The notes below the pieces were generated by a model. The model was not told the origin of the DNA and searched no databases. It worked only from the letters and a program-made list of their open reading frames with translations. A stretch of DNA of 64,000 nucleotides. Origin: Salaquimonas sp. (GTDB lineage Bacteria > Pseudomonadota > Alphaproteobacteria > Rhizobiales > Rhizobiaceae). Position numbers and translations under genes: made by a program. The stretch spans positions 902 through 64,901 of the forward strand of contig JBGSJA010000019.1 of NCBI GenBank assembly GCA_041742235.1. The letters run 5' to 3'. Shown piece after piece: positions 35,258-44,301 of the stretch (within the stretch, counting starts at the first letter, position 1; the number at the start of each line of letters is the position of its first letter).

Positions 35258-36304
35258 TCAAAGCCCGGCGCCCTGCGACCCCGAGTTCCATCCATCCCGG
35301 GATGTTCGCGGCCTGAACCGGTCCCAAAGCCCGAGAATTCCGTCCGGCGACACAAAAACGATCACCAGGAAAAACAATCCGATCAAAGTATTGAAGCGCT
35401 GCGCGCCCACCAGATCGATTGCGAAGGTCTGGATGATCACGACAACTGCCGCGCCGATGAACGGTCCGATCGGATGGCGTTGCCCGCCGATGACCGCGAT
35501 GATGAGAATGTTGATGGCCGGCCCGACAGCAATCGTGCCCGGGGAGATGCGGCCGTTGAACCAGACCAGAAGCACGCCTGCAGCGCCCGCGATCAGTCCC
35601 GTAAGCCACCAGGCGAAGACCTTGTGGGCGGTGACATCATACCCGATCGCGCGCATGCGCCGCGGATTGTCGCGGATCGCCTGCAGCGTGAGCCCGAATG
35701 TCGACTTCCCACCATAAAGGACGGCGAAATAGGCCACGGCGGCATTCGCGAGGCAAAGATAGTAAAATGGCACCGGATCGCGCCAATAGACACCAAGGAC
35801 TTCGGGCGCGCGCAGCCCGGTGTAACCTGGAAAGCCGTTGAACAGGGCGTAGTTCTGCTGCGTGAAGTAGAAACAGGCAGTGGCGATCGCCAAGGTGATC
35901 ATGATCGTGTAGATGCCTTCGGTGCGCACGGCGATCCAGCCGAAGACAGCCGACAGCAGTGAAGCGATCAGGATCGCCAGCGGCGTCACGATCCACCAGG
36001 GCCAGTCAAAGCCGTATACGCCCGAATTGTTCTGGCCGAAGATGGCAACCACATAGCCGGCAGCCCCGGCGATCGTCACCTGGGCCAAGCTGACCATGCC
36101 GCCATATCCGGCAAGGACCATCAATGACAGGGCGATCATTCCGAGGATCAGCGAGTAGCCGCCAATCTGCGTGAGGAAGAAATCGGATGCGACCGCCGGA
36201 TAGGCCAGCAACAACAAGCCAAGGATGGCGTGCGCGGGGGTGAAAAACTCACCGGCGCGCGCCGTTGCTCCGGCAGAAACAGATTCGGCCGCACCAACGC
36301 TCAT
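35258..36304 (-). CDS. ABC permease (LivM-like)
   Basis: FFLTQIGGYSLILGMIALSLMVLAGYGGMVSLAQVTIAGAAGY; multi-pass hydrophobic profile. Confidence 0.85.
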   Translation of the reverse strand: MSVGAAESVSAGATARAGEFFTPAHAILGLLLLAYPAVASDFFLTQIGGYSLILGMIALSLMVLAGYGGMVSLAQVTIAGAAGYVVAIFGQNNSGVYGFDWPWWIVTPLAILIASLLSAVFGWIAVRTEGIYTIMITLAIATACFYFTQQNYALFNGFPGYTGLRAPEVLGVYWRDPVPFYYLCLANAAVAYFAVLYGGKSTFGLTLQAIRDNPRRMRAIGYDVTAHKVFAWWLTGLIAGAAGVLLVWFNGRISPGTIAVGPAINILIIAVIGGQRHPIGPFIGAAVVVIIQTFAIDLVGAQRFNTLIGLFFLVIVFVSPDGILGLWDRFRPRTSRDGWNSGSQGAGL

Positions 36305-37353
36305 GCCGGCCTGCCCATCAGGCCCTGCGGCCTGAGGCTGAGCGTCACGACCAGTATCACGAAGGTCAGAACCACTCCGTAGGTGGGAAAGTAAACAAGC
36401 CCGATCTGTTCGGCGAGCCCGATAATCAGCGCGCCGATGGCTGCTCCCGTCACCGATCCCATGCCGCCGACGATCACCACGACGAGGGAGGCAAGCAGGT
36501 AGCGTACGTCTTCGCCGGGCGCGACCGAAAGCGCCGAGCCGCCAACAACTCCGGCAAGGCCGGCCAGCCCCGCGCCCATGGCGAAAACCACGGCGAATAC
36601 CAGATGCACGTTCTTGCCGGTTGCGGCCAGCATGTCGCGATCATCGACGCCGGCGCGGATCATCATTCCGATGCGGGTCCGGTTCAACATCAGCCACAGG
36701 CCAATGCCTATCGCGATGGCAAGTACCAACACCATCAACCGGTAGAAGGGGTAGGTCAGGTAGACCGCCGCCCCGTTCGAGCGGAATGCGGTGATGAATG
36801 GCAGCTTGATCGAGCCGTCGAGCCAGTCGGGTAGAATGAACTGGTAGGTGGTCCCGCCCCAGGCGGCGAGCATCAGGTCCGCGCCAACGATCGAGATGCC
36901 GATGGTCACCAGCGTCTGTCGCAGGTCGTCGCCTTCCAGCCGCCGGAATACCAGGACCTGCATGATCAGTCCCACCAGCGCAAGGACTACGAATCCCGCG
37001 GCTGCGCCAAGCAGCCAGTAGCCGGTGCGCGTGCCGACTTCGTAGCCCACATAAGCCCCCAGCAGGTAAAGTGTGCCGTGGGCGAGATTGACGTTGCGCA
37101 TCAGCCCGAAGACGAGCGTGAAGCCGCTGGCGACCAGGAAATAAAGCCCGGCCAGGGTCAGGCCGTTGAGTACCGCGCTCAGAAATGCCTTTTTGGAAAT
37201 CAGGATCGCATTCAGCCAGTCCGGCCACTGGGCGAAAAACAACCAGGCCAGAACCACCACCGCGAGCAGCCACAATACCAGCCGGCCCGGCCGGGCCGGG
37301 CCGGCGCCGCCTTGTGCCAGGGGATCGTGGCCCGGGGTTGCGCTCTCGCTCAT
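36301..37353 (-). CDS. ABC permease (LivH-like) with N-terminal extension
   Basis: LNGLTLAGLYFLVASGFTLVFGLMRNVNLAHGTLYLLGAYVGY, preceded by an extra segment of about 50 residues containing one hydrophobic helix. Confidence 0.85.
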   Translation of the reverse strand: MSESATPGHDPLAQGGAGPARPGRLVLWLLAVVVLAWLFFAQWPDWLNAILISKKAFLSAVLNGLTLAGLYFLVASGFTLVFGLMRNVNLAHGTLYLLGAYVGYEVGTRTGYWLLGAAAGFVVLALVGLIMQVLVFRRLEGDDLRQTLVTIGISIVGADLMLAAWGGTTYQFILPDWLDGSIKLPFITAFRSNGAAVYLTYPFYRLMVLVLAIAIGIGLWLMLNRTRIGMMIRAGVDDRDMLAATGKNVHLVFAVVFAMGAGLAGLAGVVGGSALSVAPGEDVRYLLASLVVVIVGGMGSVTGAAIGALIIGLAEQIGLVYFPTYGVVLTFVILVVTLSLRPQGLMGRPA

Positions 37354-37357
37354 GGCT

Positions 37358-38668
37358 TCAGGCGATCAGCCGGCGGCGGGCTTCGTTCATCCGCGGCGCC
37401 TTGTGGAACTTGCCGTCCTTCATGATCGCCAGCAGCCGGTTCCTGTCCTGCAGGATTCGGACGTCCGCCAGCGGGTCGCCATCGACAAGCAGGAGGTCGG
37501 CGAAATAGCCCTCCTTCACCATGCCAAGTTCATTCTCCATGCCCATGATCTGGCCGCCATATTTCGTGGCCGCCTGGATCGCTTCCATGGGCGTGAAACC
37601 CAGCATCTCGACGAAGGTCTGGATGTCCTTCGCATTGGTTCCCTGGGGCGTCCATGCAAAGCCGTAATCGCCGCCGATGCAGATGCGGATTCCGCGCCGG
37701 TGCATCTTCTTCATGGTGTCCACGCACATTTCCAGCTCCCGTTCGTACAGAAGCGTGATCGGCGAACCGGGCTTGATTCCCCACTGCTCGGCGTGGCGCG
37801 CGGTGTTGATCAGCCAGGCGATGCCGGGCGCAACGAAATGCCGGTCCTTTGCCGCTTCAAGCATGTCGAGCGCCTCCTCGTCGCAGAAAGAGGCATGGTA
37901 GATGTTGCGGATGCCGTGGCGCACGCATTGCTTTACGGAATTGGCCGAGCGGGCATGGGCGGATACCACCTTGTTCCGGCACTTCGCCTCCTTGACGGCA
38001 ATCGCCACTTCTTCTTCCGACATGGGCGTTTCTTCCGCGCCCATGCCGGTGATTTCCTCGCCCGACAGGTTGAGCTTGATCGAATCCACGCCGTACTTGA
38101 TCAAGGTACGCACGACGCGCCGCACTTCCTCCGGTCCGGAGACGACAATGCCCAGGTTGAGGCCCTCATGCGGGATATGCGAAGGTGCGCTGTCGCCGAG
38201 GCCCCCGACAGTCGTGATCTCTGGTCCTGCCGCCAGATAACGTGGGCCGGGGAACCTGCCCTCGTTGATGAACCGCTTGGCAACGACATCAAGCCGGGCC
38301 TTCGCGGCCGCCGCGCCCCTGCCCGCGGTGAAGCCGGCATCGAGCACCAGCTTGGCCATCTCCATCGTGACCAGCATGTGCTCTTCCAGTTCCATCATCT
38401 GGATTGGCTCGATGCCGGGAGCATTGTTCCAGGAAAGATGCAGATGGGCGTCGATCATTCCGGGCATGAGCGTTGCGCCCATGCCGTCGATCACCGTCGC
38501 GCCGCCGCCATAGGAAGGTGCGGAAAAGCGGGAGGAACCGCGGGTGATCGACTTGATACGGTTGCCCTGCACCAGCACCTCGCCGCTGAAGGGCGCCTCG
38601 CCGCTCGCGTCGAGCACGCGCACATTCGTGAACAGGACCGGGCCGTTGCCGTTCATGTCGTCAGCCAT
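37358..38668 (-). CDS. amidohydrolase-superfamily metal-dependent hydrolase
   Basis: Start MADDMNGNGPVLFTNVRVLDASGE (AAGGAGG upstream; ATG is the complement of 38666-38668). Motifs: LMPGMIDAHLHL (HxH), SAHARS and the tail FADLLLVDGDPLADVRIL. Confidence 0.8.
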   Translation of the reverse strand: MADDMNGNGPVLFTNVRVLDASGEAPFSGEVLVQGNRIKSITRGSSRFSAPSYGGGATVIDGMGATLMPGMIDAHLHLSWNNAPGIEPIQMMELEEHMLVTMEMAKLVLDAGFTAGRGAAAAKARLDVVAKRFINEGRFPGPRYLAAGPEITTVGGLGDSAPSHIPHEGLNLGIVVSGPEEVRRVVRTLIKYGVDSIKLNLSGEEITGMGAEETPMSEEEVAIAVKEAKCRNKVVSAHARSANSVKQCVRHGIRNIYHASFCDEEALDMLEAAKDRHFVAPGIAWLINTARHAEQWGIKPGSPITLLYERELEMCVDTMKKMHRRGIRICIGGDYGFAWTPQGTNAKDIQTFVEMLGFTPMEAIQAATKYGGQIMGMENELGMVKEGYFADLLLVDGDPLADVRILQDRNRLLAIMKDGKFHKAPRMNEARRRLIA

Positions 38669-38721
38669 GGGAATTCCTCCTTGTTTTTTGCGCCGCCGCT
38701 GCAAGGCGCGCGGTTCAAACT

Positions 38722-39495
38722 TCAGCCTTCCCGCAGGAAGGCGCTGATCAGGCTTCTGCATTCGGCGGGCTTTTCCACGGTTGCCCAGTGCCCGCATTGC
38801 GAAAGGATCCTTGCCCGCCCCTGCGGCAGTTCATCCGCGAGGGCCGTGGCGATCGTTGGCGGCGAGATGGCATCCTCATCGCCCGTGACGACAAGCGTGC
38901 GCGCCCTGACAAGCGACGCATCCGCCCGATTTGCGCCTGCCAGGGCTTCGCACAACTTCGCGAAGCCTTCGGCATCCTGGCGCATGTGGCTTTCCCTGAC
39001 GAAGGCCAAAGCGGCAGGGGATGTTTCGACCGATCCCGCCGCGAGTCCGGCAGCCGCGACCTGGTCGGCAATGACTGCCATGCCCTCCCGCCGCGCAAGT
39101 CCCGCTCGTGCCCGCAGGCGCTCGCGGGCCGGTTCGGCAGGCTCCACGATCGGCCCGAAAAGGATGAGGCTCGAAACGAATTCCGGCTTGTGCATGGCCA
39201 GATGCTGGGCAAGCAAGGTCCCGAAGGAATGGGCAATGAGTTGAACGGATCGCACGCCGAGTTCGCTGATCAGCGCCCCGAGCGAGGCGACGATGAAGGC
39301 GATGTCGATGCTGCCCGCCGGCGTGCGCGAACGCCCCGATCCCGGCAGGTCCGGGCGAATGATGCGCATGCCGCCAAGCGAGGGGACCAATGGCTGCCAA
39401 CTGTTCGAAGTGCCGCCAAGACCGTGGAGGAGCAGGGCGCACTCGCCTTGACCCTCATCCTCCACCACCATTCCCGCGATTGTCCGGCTGGTCAC
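38722..39495 (-). CDS. alpha/beta hydrolase (enol-lactonase-like)
   Basis: LLLHGLGGTSNSWQPL, nucleophile elbow LIAHSFGT and the C-terminal CGHWATVEKP. Confidence 0.8.
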   Translation of the reverse strand: MTSRTIAGMVVEDEGQGECALLLHGLGGTSNSWQPLVPSLGGMRIIRPDLPGSGRSRTPAGSIDIAFIVASLGALISELGVRSVQLIAHSFGTLLAQHLAMHKPEFVSSLILFGPIVEPAEPARERLRARAGLARREGMAVIADQVAAAGLAAGSVETSPAALAFVRESHMRQDAEGFAKLCEALAGANRADASLVRARTLVVTGDEDAISPPTIATALADELPQGRARILSQCGHWATVEKPAECRSLISAFLREG

Positions 39496-40367
39496 GATGC
39501 GCGCTCCAGGAACCGGTTTTCCAAGGTGCCGATGCCGGCGATCTCGACGCGCACCACGTCGCCGTGACGCAGGTATTTCGGCGGCTTGAAGCCGATGCCG
39601 ACGCCGGCCGGCGTTCCCGTCGCGATGATGTCGCCTGGATGCAGCGTCACGCCCGCGGAAATCGTCTCGATGATCTTCGGGATCGTGAAGATCAGGTCGG
39701 CCGTGTTCGCCTTCTGGCGCAGTTCACCATTGACATAGCAACAGACCTCCATGTCATGAACCGACACCTCATCGGCGGTAACCGCGTATGGCCCCATGGG
39801 GCAGAATGTATCTTGCGACTTGGCGACCAGCCACTGGCTGTAGCGCCCTTGCAGGTCGCGCGCTGTAACGTCGTTTATAATAGTATATCCCCAGACGTGC
39901 TCCATCGCGTCTGCCGCACGAATTCCCCGGCCGGCCTTTCCGATGACAACCGCCAGTTCCGCTTCATAGTCCACCGCTGCCGATACGGAAGAATCCAGCA
40001 TGACCGCGCAGCCATGCGCGACGACGGATTCGGGTACCTTGGAAAAGACGATCGGTTCTTTCGGCACCTCGCCGGCCGCGGCGCTGGAGTCGAAACCGCT
40101 TTGTGAGAATTCGCGGGCGTGCTCCCGGTAATTCTTGCCAACGCAGAAGATGTTTCGGCGCGGCCTCGGAAACGGAGCCTCCAGTTGCACCTCGTCAAGC
40201 GCCACGGATGCAAGCCGATCGATTGATGCCAGGTCCTGGCCGATCAGCGCCGCCACGCCCGACTCGGCCTCTTGGCCCGAAAGCGCGAGCGGCTCAAGTC
40301 CGGTGCCGTCGGGGCGCACGATTCCCACGCGGCGTTCTCCGCCAACGCGAAATGTTGCAAACTTCAC
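39492..40367 (-). CDS. fumarylacetoacetate hydrolase (FAH) family protein
   Basis: The ORF track starts at 40382, but GGGAGGAG sits 4 nt before the GTG at 40367. That start gives the family-typical N-terminus (M)KFATFRVGGERRVGIV. Motifs: IFCVGKNYREHA, VDYEAELAVVIGK, NDVTARDLQ and HPGDIIATGTPAGVG. Confidence 0.8.
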   Translation of the reverse strand: MKFATFRVGGERRVGIVRPDGTGLEPLALSGQEAESGVAALIGQDLASIDRLASVALDEVQLEAPFPRPRRNIFCVGKNYREHAREFSQSGFDSSAAAGEVPKEPIVFSKVPESVVAHGCAVMLDSSVSAAVDYEAELAVVIGKAGRGIRAADAMEHVWGYTIINDVTARDLQGRYSQWLVAKSQDTFCPMGPYAVTADEVSVHDMEVCCYVNGELRQKANTADLIFTIPKIIETISAGVTLHPGDIIATGTPAGVGIGFKPPKYLRHGDVVRVEIAGIGTLENRFLERAS

Positions 40368-40393
40368 GGAGCTCCTCCCCATGAATTTAAATG

Positions 40394-40412
40394 AACCAAT
40401 AAGCTATTGGTT
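40394..40412. promoter_or_regulatory. candidate FadR/GntR operator (perfect inverted repeat)
   Basis: AACCAAT-aagct-ATTGGTT lies in the AT-rich 100-nt divergent region between the FAH-led operon and the FadR-type regulator. A further ATTGG repeat occurs at 40429-40439. Confidence 0.4.
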
Positions 40413-40468
40413 TATGTATTAAATATGGTATTGGAAATTGGAACAGCTCGCAAGAGTCGTTTTTGAAA

Positions 40469-41230
40469 ATGGTTTCCGCAAATGATTGGCTTGAGGAAAG
40501 CGCAGTGAACTTACCGCTTGAGGGAACCAATTCAACATCGGTTCACATTCGTCAGCGAGGCGCGCCCAGCAAGGCTGCCCTTCTGGAACTGGACTTGCTC
40601 CGGCGCCTTGAAAACAAGGAATGGAGCGACGGCGAACCGCTTCCCGACGAAAGAAGCATCGCAGCCAAATACGCAGTGGCACGAAACACGGTTCGCAAGG
40701 CATTGGCGCGCCTTGAAGCAAGCGGACTGCTGAGACGGGAGGTCGGCCGCGGCACATTCGCGGTTCCGCAGCCTGAAGAGGCGGTGGCCAGGATATTGGC
40801 GCGTTTCACCAATGCAAGCCCTGCGGACATCTTGAACCTGCGCCTGTTCATCGAGCCGCACGCGGCGGCAGCCGCCGCCCGCAGTCTTTCCGAAAACGAG
40901 TACGCGGCAATTTCGGCCGCCGCCGCAAAGGCGGAACAGGCGAACGAACTGGACGAATACGAATATTGGGACAATGAATTTCACCGGCAGATCAACAACG
41001 CAGCCGGCAATCGTTTCCTCTCCGATTTCTTCGCGCTGCTGACCATCATTCGATATACGCCGACGATGATGGAAATCCGCCGCCAATGGTTCAGCGAGGC
41101 GCGCCGCAACGCCTACAACGAAGAGCATCGTGAGATTCTGGAGGCCCTGCGCAACTGGGACAGCGATCGCGCGTCCGCTGCAATGCGCCACCATCTGCTT
41201 TCGCGGCGGCGAAACTATTTCGGCCAATAG
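40469..41230 (+). CDS. GntR family transcriptional regulator, FadR subfamily (FCD domain)
   Basis: wHTH LPDERSIAAKYAVARNTVRKALARLEASGLLRREVGRGTFAV. The FCD domain is ILNLRLFIEPHAAAAAA ... EHREILEALRNWDSDRASAAMRHHL. The first ATG is at 40469; the ORF track uses the TTG at 40463. Confidence 0.8.
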   Translation: MVSANDWLEESAVNLPLEGTNSTSVHIRQRGAPSKAALLELDLLRRLENKEWSDGEPLPDERSIAAKYAVARNTVRKALARLEASGLLRREVGRGTFAVPQPEEAVARILARFTNASPADILNLRLFIEPHAAAAAARSLSENEYAAISAAAAKAEQANELDEYEYWDNEFHRQINNAAGNRFLSDFFALLTIIRYTPTMMEIRRQWFSEARRNAYNEEHREILEALRNWDSDRASAAMRHHLLSRRRNYFGQ

Positions 41231-41240
41231 GATAACCGCC

Positions 41241-41741
41241 ATGCCCCCTTCACGCATTGTCCAGCACATCGCCTCGGCCGCGGGAACCGGCGACCCTGCT
41301 GCATTGCTGCGCCGCCTGATGGATGCGGGGCCGACCGACATCCTCGCGGTGCGGATGATCATTGAGCCGCAGGCGGCGGCAGCCGCGGTTTCAAACGGAA
41401 GCGGCGCCGACATCCAGGCCATTCGCGAGGCGCACGAAAACGCGACTGCACAGGAATCGCTCGCGGGATTCGAGCACTGGGACGCCATGCTGCACCGTTG
41501 CATCTTCTCCGCCACCCGCAACGAGTTGCTGATCAGCCTGCAGGACATATTGGCGGCCATCCGCACCAGGCCCGCCTGGTCGCGCATCAAGAATACGGTC
41601 ATCTCGCCGGATGTGCGGATGAAGTACTGCCGCGAACATGCGGCCATCGTGGAGGCCATCGCGGCCCGCAATGCACAATCCGCGCACGACGCGATGAAAC
41701 ATCACCTTCGCAGCGTGACACTCGACATGTTCCCCCAGTAG
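41241..41741 (+). CDS. stand-alone FCD (GntR C-terminal) domain protein without DNA-binding domain
   Basis: The ATG at 41241 lies 10 nt after the regulator stop. ILAVRMIIEPQAAAAAV ... FHRCIF ... CREHAAIVEAIAARNAQSAHDAMKHHL parallels the FCD domain of the upstream gene. There is no room upstream for a wHTH. Confidence 0.65.
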   Translation: MPPSRIVQHIASAAGTGDPAALLRRLMDAGPTDILAVRMIIEPQAAAAAVSNGSGADIQAIREAHENATAQESLAGFEHWDAMLHRCIFSATRNELLISLQDILAAIRTRPAWSRIKNTVISPDVRMKYCREHAAIVEAIAARNAQSAHDAMKHHLRSVTLDMFPQ

Positions 41742-41883
41742 TTGGTTTCTTGTCCAGTGTCAGATGCGAGGCTTCGCGTTCCCCTGGCAAAGGCGTGAGT
41801 TTCGGGGCTGCTTTCCCGGCTGTCGGCATGCAAATTGCTAAGCTACCGTCATGGCGCGGACGCCAGGTGCGGAGAACAAGTAC

Positions 41884-42840
41884 ATGAACGAGATTCCTGT
41901 CATCGACATCGGCGGGCTTTATTCCGGCGGCCCGGGCGAGCGAAAGCGCATCGCGCGCGAAATCGGTGCGGCCTGCCGCGGGACCGGTTTCTTCTACATA
42001 AGCGGGCACGGGGTTGCTCCCGCCTTGATGTCGGACGTGTTTCGCGCGTCCGCCGGCTTTTTTTCCCTGCCGGAAGACACAAAACGGCAGGCGCTCTTTT
42101 CAAGTGCAACGGGAAATCGCGGCTTCATCCCCATGAAGGGGGAAGCGCTCGATCCGACAAAACCGGCTGACCTCAAGGAGGCATTCAACATCGGCCTCGA
42201 ACTTGCACCGGACGATCCCGATATCCTAGCCGGCGCGCGGTTCAGGGCGCTCAATCTTTGGCCATCCCTGCCCGGTTTTCGGGCAACCATGCTCGATTAT
42301 TTCAATGCGGCATGGCGCACGGGATTGCTGCTGCATGAAGCATTTGCCGAAGATCTGGGGCTTGAGCGAACCTATTTCGCCGGCCATCTCGACCGTCCGC
42401 TGGCAACCTTGCGGCTGCTGCACTATCCAAGCCGCCCGCATCAGGTCGAGGCGGGACAGATGGGGGCTGGCGAGCATACCGACTATGGCTGCGTCACACT
42501 CTTGGCGACCGACGACGCAGGCGGCCTGGAGGTGCGCACGCGCGAAGGCGAGTGGCTGGCTGCACCGCATGTGCCGGGCGCGTTCGTTTGCAATATCGGC
42601 GACTGCCTGATGCGCTGGACCAACGACATCTACGTCTCGACGCCGCACCGCGTGGTCAACCCCGCCGGGCGCGAACGCTATTCCGTCGCCTTTTTCCTCG
42701 ATCCCAATCCCGACGCCGTCATTTCCTGCCTGCCTGGGTGCGCCACAGATGAACGGCCGGCGAAATACGCTCCGATCCGCGGCGATGACTACCTGCAAGG
42801 CAAGCTCGACGCCACCTATGCGGCAAGCGGCCTTGCCTGA
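41884..42840 (+). CDS. 2-oxoglutarate/Fe(II)-dependent oxygenase (isopenicillin N synthase family)
   Basis: MNEIPVIDIGGLYSG, GAGEHTDYGCVTLLATD (HxD) and STPHRVVNPAGRERYSVAFF (His and RxS). Confidence 0.8.
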   Translation: MNEIPVIDIGGLYSGGPGERKRIAREIGAACRGTGFFYISGHGVAPALMSDVFRASAGFFSLPEDTKRQALFSSATGNRGFIPMKGEALDPTKPADLKEAFNIGLELAPDDPDILAGARFRALNLWPSLPGFRATMLDYFNAAWRTGLLLHEAFAEDLGLERTYFAGHLDRPLATLRLLHYPSRPHQVEAGQMGAGEHTDYGCVTLLATDDAGGLEVRTREGEWLAAPHVPGAFVCNIGDCLMRWTNDIYVSTPHRVVNPAGRERYSVAFFLDPNPDAVISCLPGCATDERPAKYAPIRGDDYLQGKLDATYAASGLA

Positions 42841-42879
42841 TTGCAATGCTGCGTTGCAACACGATTGTATGCAATAGCT

Positions 42880-42897
42880 ATATTTCCGATGAAATAT
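42880..42897. promoter_or_regulatory. AT-rich inverted repeat, candidate operator
   Basis: ATATTTC-cgat-GAAATAT (7-bp arms) lies in the 275-nt leader upstream of the BMP-type binding-protein gene. Confidence 0.3.
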
Positions 42898-43115
42898 TAA
42901 GCGTCTGTTAACCCATGCCTAATTGTAAGGCACATTCGCTGTCTGAGCCGCCCGGCGCAGGTTTTAAATAACGTCGTGATTTCAACGACATGCTTCCAAG
43001 TATGGTGGCAACTTCATCTGGCATGCCGATTGCAACCCTGCTCCCGAGTGGCTGCGGTTCCCTTGGAGGCGGCCAGTCCGGAGATTGATCAGGCTATTCG
43101 AACAGGAGTTGGAAC

Positions 43116-44231
43116 ATGCCAAACGCAGGAATTAGCAGACGCAGGCTGCTCAAGGCGGGCGCCGCCGGGTTTGCCGCCGCGACATTGCCCATCGGTATGA
43201 TCGGACGCGCGCTCGCAGCGGACGAAGTGGTGCTTGGCGCCGTTTATGTCGGCCCGCGCGATGATTTCGGCTGGAACCAGGCCCACGCCGTCGCCATGGA
43301 AATCCTCAAGGGCGTAGCGAACGTCAAGGTGCTCGAGGAAGAGAACGTCCCCGAGACCGACGCCTGCGCAAAGTCGATGGAGTCGATGATCAACCTCGAC
43401 GGCGCCAACCTGATCCTCGGCACTTCTTTCGGCTACTTCGATCCGTTCATGGTGGATCTTGCGAAGAAGTACCCGGACGTACAGTTCCGCCATGCCGCGC
43501 CCTTGTGGAGCAAGGACAAGCACCCGATGAACCTGGGTGGCTATTTCTGCTATCTCAACCAGGCGCATTTCGTGAACGGCGTTGCCGCAGGCCTCAGCAC
43601 GACCAGCGGCAAGATCGGCTTTGTAGCGGCCAAGCCCATACCGACCGTGCTTTCCAACATCAACTCTGTGCTGCTCGGCGCACGCTCGGTACGTCCAGAC
43701 GCCGAGGTGCAGGTGATCTTCACCGGAGACTGGTCGATGCCGGTCCGCGAGGCGGAAGCGGCAAACGCGCTCGTCGATGCCGGCTGCGATGTGCTGACCT
43801 GCCATGTCGACGGACCAAAGGTGGTGATCGAGACTGCAGAGGGGCGCGGCGTCAAGAGCTGCGGACACAACGCCTCGCAGGCGCCGCTCGCGCCCAAGGG
43901 CTTCATTACCGGCGCAGAGTACAAGTGGGAGACCATCTACAAGATGTTCGCCGACATGCTGGCCAAGGGCGAAGCGTTGCCAAACGTCGTTGTCGGCGGA
44001 TACGACAACGACATGGTCCAGAACACCGCCTACGGGGCGGGAGCCACGCCGGAAGCCATCAAGGCTGCCGACGCGGCCATTGCCGGCCTGAAGGCAAAGA
44101 AGCCGATCTATGTCGGTCCGCTCAAGGACAACACCGGCAAGGTCGTGCTGGAAGCAACCTACGACAACTACGACCCTGTTCTGGACGGCATGAATTTCCT
44201 TCTCGAAGGCGTCAAGGGTTCGATCACCTGA
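43116..44231 (+). CDS. BMP family (basic membrane protein / PnrA-like) ABC substrate-binding protein with Tat-type signal
   Basis: AGGAG lies 7 nt before the ATG. Leader MPNAGISRRRLLKAGAAGFAAATLP. It continues with VLGAVYVGPRDDFGWNQAHAVAME ... GTSFGYFDP ... IGFVAAKPIP. Confidence 0.85.
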   Translation: MPNAGISRRRLLKAGAAGFAAATLPIGMIGRALAADEVVLGAVYVGPRDDFGWNQAHAVAMEILKGVANVKVLEEENVPETDACAKSMESMINLDGANLILGTSFGYFDPFMVDLAKKYPDVQFRHAAPLWSKDKHPMNLGGYFCYLNQAHFVNGVAAGLSTTSGKIGFVAAKPIPTVLSNINSVLLGARSVRPDAEVQVIFTGDWSMPVREAEAANALVDAGCDVLTCHVDGPKVVIETAEGRGVKSCGHNASQAPLAPKGFITGAEYKWETIYKMFADMLAKGEALPNVVVGGYDNDMVQNTAYGAGATPEAIKAADAAIAGLKAKKPIYVGPLKDNTGKVVLEATYDNYDPVLDGMNFLLEGVKGSIT

Positions 44232-44245
44232 AAACCGCTGCCATC

Positions 44246-44270
44246 GCGGGGCCGCCCGGCGCGGCCCCGC
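44246..44270 (+). terminator. intra-operon GC stem-loop after the binding-protein gene
   Basis: GCGGGGCCGC-ccggc-GCGGCCCCGC forms a perfect 10-bp stem with a 5-nt loop, 14 nt after the TGA stop. The architecture matches the hairpin at 13063, but the sequence differs. Confidence 0.55.
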
Positions 44271-44301
44271 ACTCTTCCAAATCCGGTTGCACTGATTGCT
44301 C

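Noticed and set aside
38669-38721. GC hairpin (GCGCC ... GGCGC) with an adjacent homopolymer run between the alpha/beta hydrolase and amidohydrolase genes.
   Set aside because: In the direction of transcription (minus strand) the run is A6, not U. The stem is only 5 bp with a 10-nt loop, so it is not a credible terminator.
42841-42859. TTGCAA-tgctgcg-TTGCAA as a terminator hairpin after the 2OG oxygenase gene.
   Set aside because: The stem is only 6 bp and AT-containing, with no U tract. It is more likely part of the downstream operator-like AT-rich region.
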